Virus record (IMG/VR): IMGVR_UViG_3300042154_000577
Coordinates: 2,634-66,633 of that record
DNA length: 64,000 bases
DNA from: a virus
Reading direction: 5' to 3' (one strand)
The notes beneath the pieces are model-generated. The model ran no database searches and had not been told where the DNA came from. It saw nothing but the letters and a program-made list of their open reading frames with translations. Every line of letters begins with the position of its first letter. Positions within the stretch are counted from its first letter, which is position 1. The translations under genes and the position numbers were made by a program. Of this stretch, positions 63,296 to 64,000 are shown piece after piece.

Positions 63296-63926
63296 CTTGG
63301 GTTTGCTCTAGGTCCTGCACTTGGGGGTATAGCTGGCGGAGAAATGGGTCTGATTCTGGTTCCGGTTCGGGCATAGGCGTAGGTAGTCCCAACTGCTCAT
63401 CCAGATCATCTATTGGGGTTACGTCCGTAACCGTAGTATTCAGCAGGCGCTTGATCCGCTCCTTGATGGAGTTCTCCAAGGACGAAGACGTTGTGTGGTG
63501 CACAGTAATTTCACTGCGCTCCGTAAAAATCCCAATATCGCTGTGCTTGCCAAGTAGCTCCAACGCCTTTAGCTCAAACCGGGGGTCTCCGCAGTCTGCT
63601 AGTTCGATGAGCTTGTTGGTGATGAAGTTGCGGGCCTGAATTGCATCCGCAATCGCTTGATAGTCGTACGCCTTGAGGATTTGCGCAGCCTTCTTAGCTA
63701 CGCCGGGGACAGATACAGTTTTTGGTTCTTCGCCCCTAGCCTCGCCCTTGATTAGCTCGCGGGCTTTTTCCTCATCTTCAGCACTGTAGTCAATGCTGCC
63801 CCCCAACTGATCTATGAGGTCCGCAGTATTTGCAGCAATGGCAATACTGTCTGCATGCGTTTTGGGCTGCTCTGCGGATAGATCAAAGGGCAGTGGGTGT
63901 TCTGCAGTAGGCGTAATTTCTATCAT
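63288..63926 (-). CDS. terS: Terminase small subunit (putative)
   Basis: LKALELLGK...IFTER; overlaps the TerL start. Confidence 0.7.
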   Translation of the reverse strand: MIEITPTAEHPLPFDLSAEQPKTHADSIAIAANTADLIDQLGGSIDYSAEDEEKARELIKGEARGEEPKTVSVPGVAKKAAQILKAYDYQAIADAIQARNFITNKLIELADCGDPRFELKALELLGKHSDIGIFTERSEITVHHTTSSSLENSIKERIKRLLNTTVTDVTPIDDLDEQLGLPTPMPEPEPESDPFLRQLYPQVQDLEQTQDE

Positions 63927-63954
63927 ATGCACCGGGTTAGCGGGAGGTGGGCCG

Positions 63955-63963
63955 ACTGTAGCA
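63955..63963 (-). promoter_or_regulatory. Possible extended -10 promoter for the late arm
   Basis: TGCTACAGT preceded by a T-rich tract. Confidence 0.4.
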
Positions 63964-64000
63964 CAAAAATATATGGGGGTGGGGGTATACGATTTTGAAA

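Larger units (their letters stand above)
1..64000. mobile_element. Tailed dsDNA bacteriophage genome, podovirus-like, probably near-complete
   Basis: Terminase, portal, capsid, tail fibre, lysis and replication genes in two convergent arms; no bacterial housekeeping genes seen. Confidence 0.97.

Noticed and set aside
1-64000. tRNA genes, integrase/att site, stop-codon reassignment, introns or inteins
   Set aside because: No cloverleaf or recombinase motifs seen; core genes read uninterrupted in the standard code at plausible lengths

Overview
The window is most of a tailed dsDNA phage genome (Caudoviricetes, podovirus-like; no tape-measure or sheath gene recognised) in two convergent arms. 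The + arm (1-24132) holds a dense, translationally coupled early cluster (MoxR-like AAA+ ATPase, HExxH-peptidase/vWA protein, DUF3150-like protein, many small genes) and a replication module (VRR-NUC, family A polymerase, Cas4-like exonuclease, HNH, SNF2 helicase, SSB-like protein, HTH, primase-helicase). The - arm (63926 to 24212) holds terminase, portal, GroES-like protein, scaffold, major capsid, neck/tail genes, two tail fibres, lysis genes and ejection proteins, ending in a 2967-aa polyvalent protein. I saw no integrase, RNA polymerase, reverse transcriptase, tRNA or CRISPR array. Strongest unexplained signals: (1) a 13-bp palindrome CTAACA(A/T)TGTTAG in six perfect copies, all in the early/replication arm, four inside genes in different reading frames; (2) a GHKL-ATPase plus HExxH-protease module inside the giant protein; (3) a [FYML]-[AKS]-x-G-G motif shared by five late proteins, one carrying a candidate processing domain; (4) an early region built from modules joined by conserved DNA linkers; (5) three candidate structured RNAs. 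All family names come from motif recognition by eye, not database searches; several starts were moved from the ORF track to fit RBS and ATGA overlaps.
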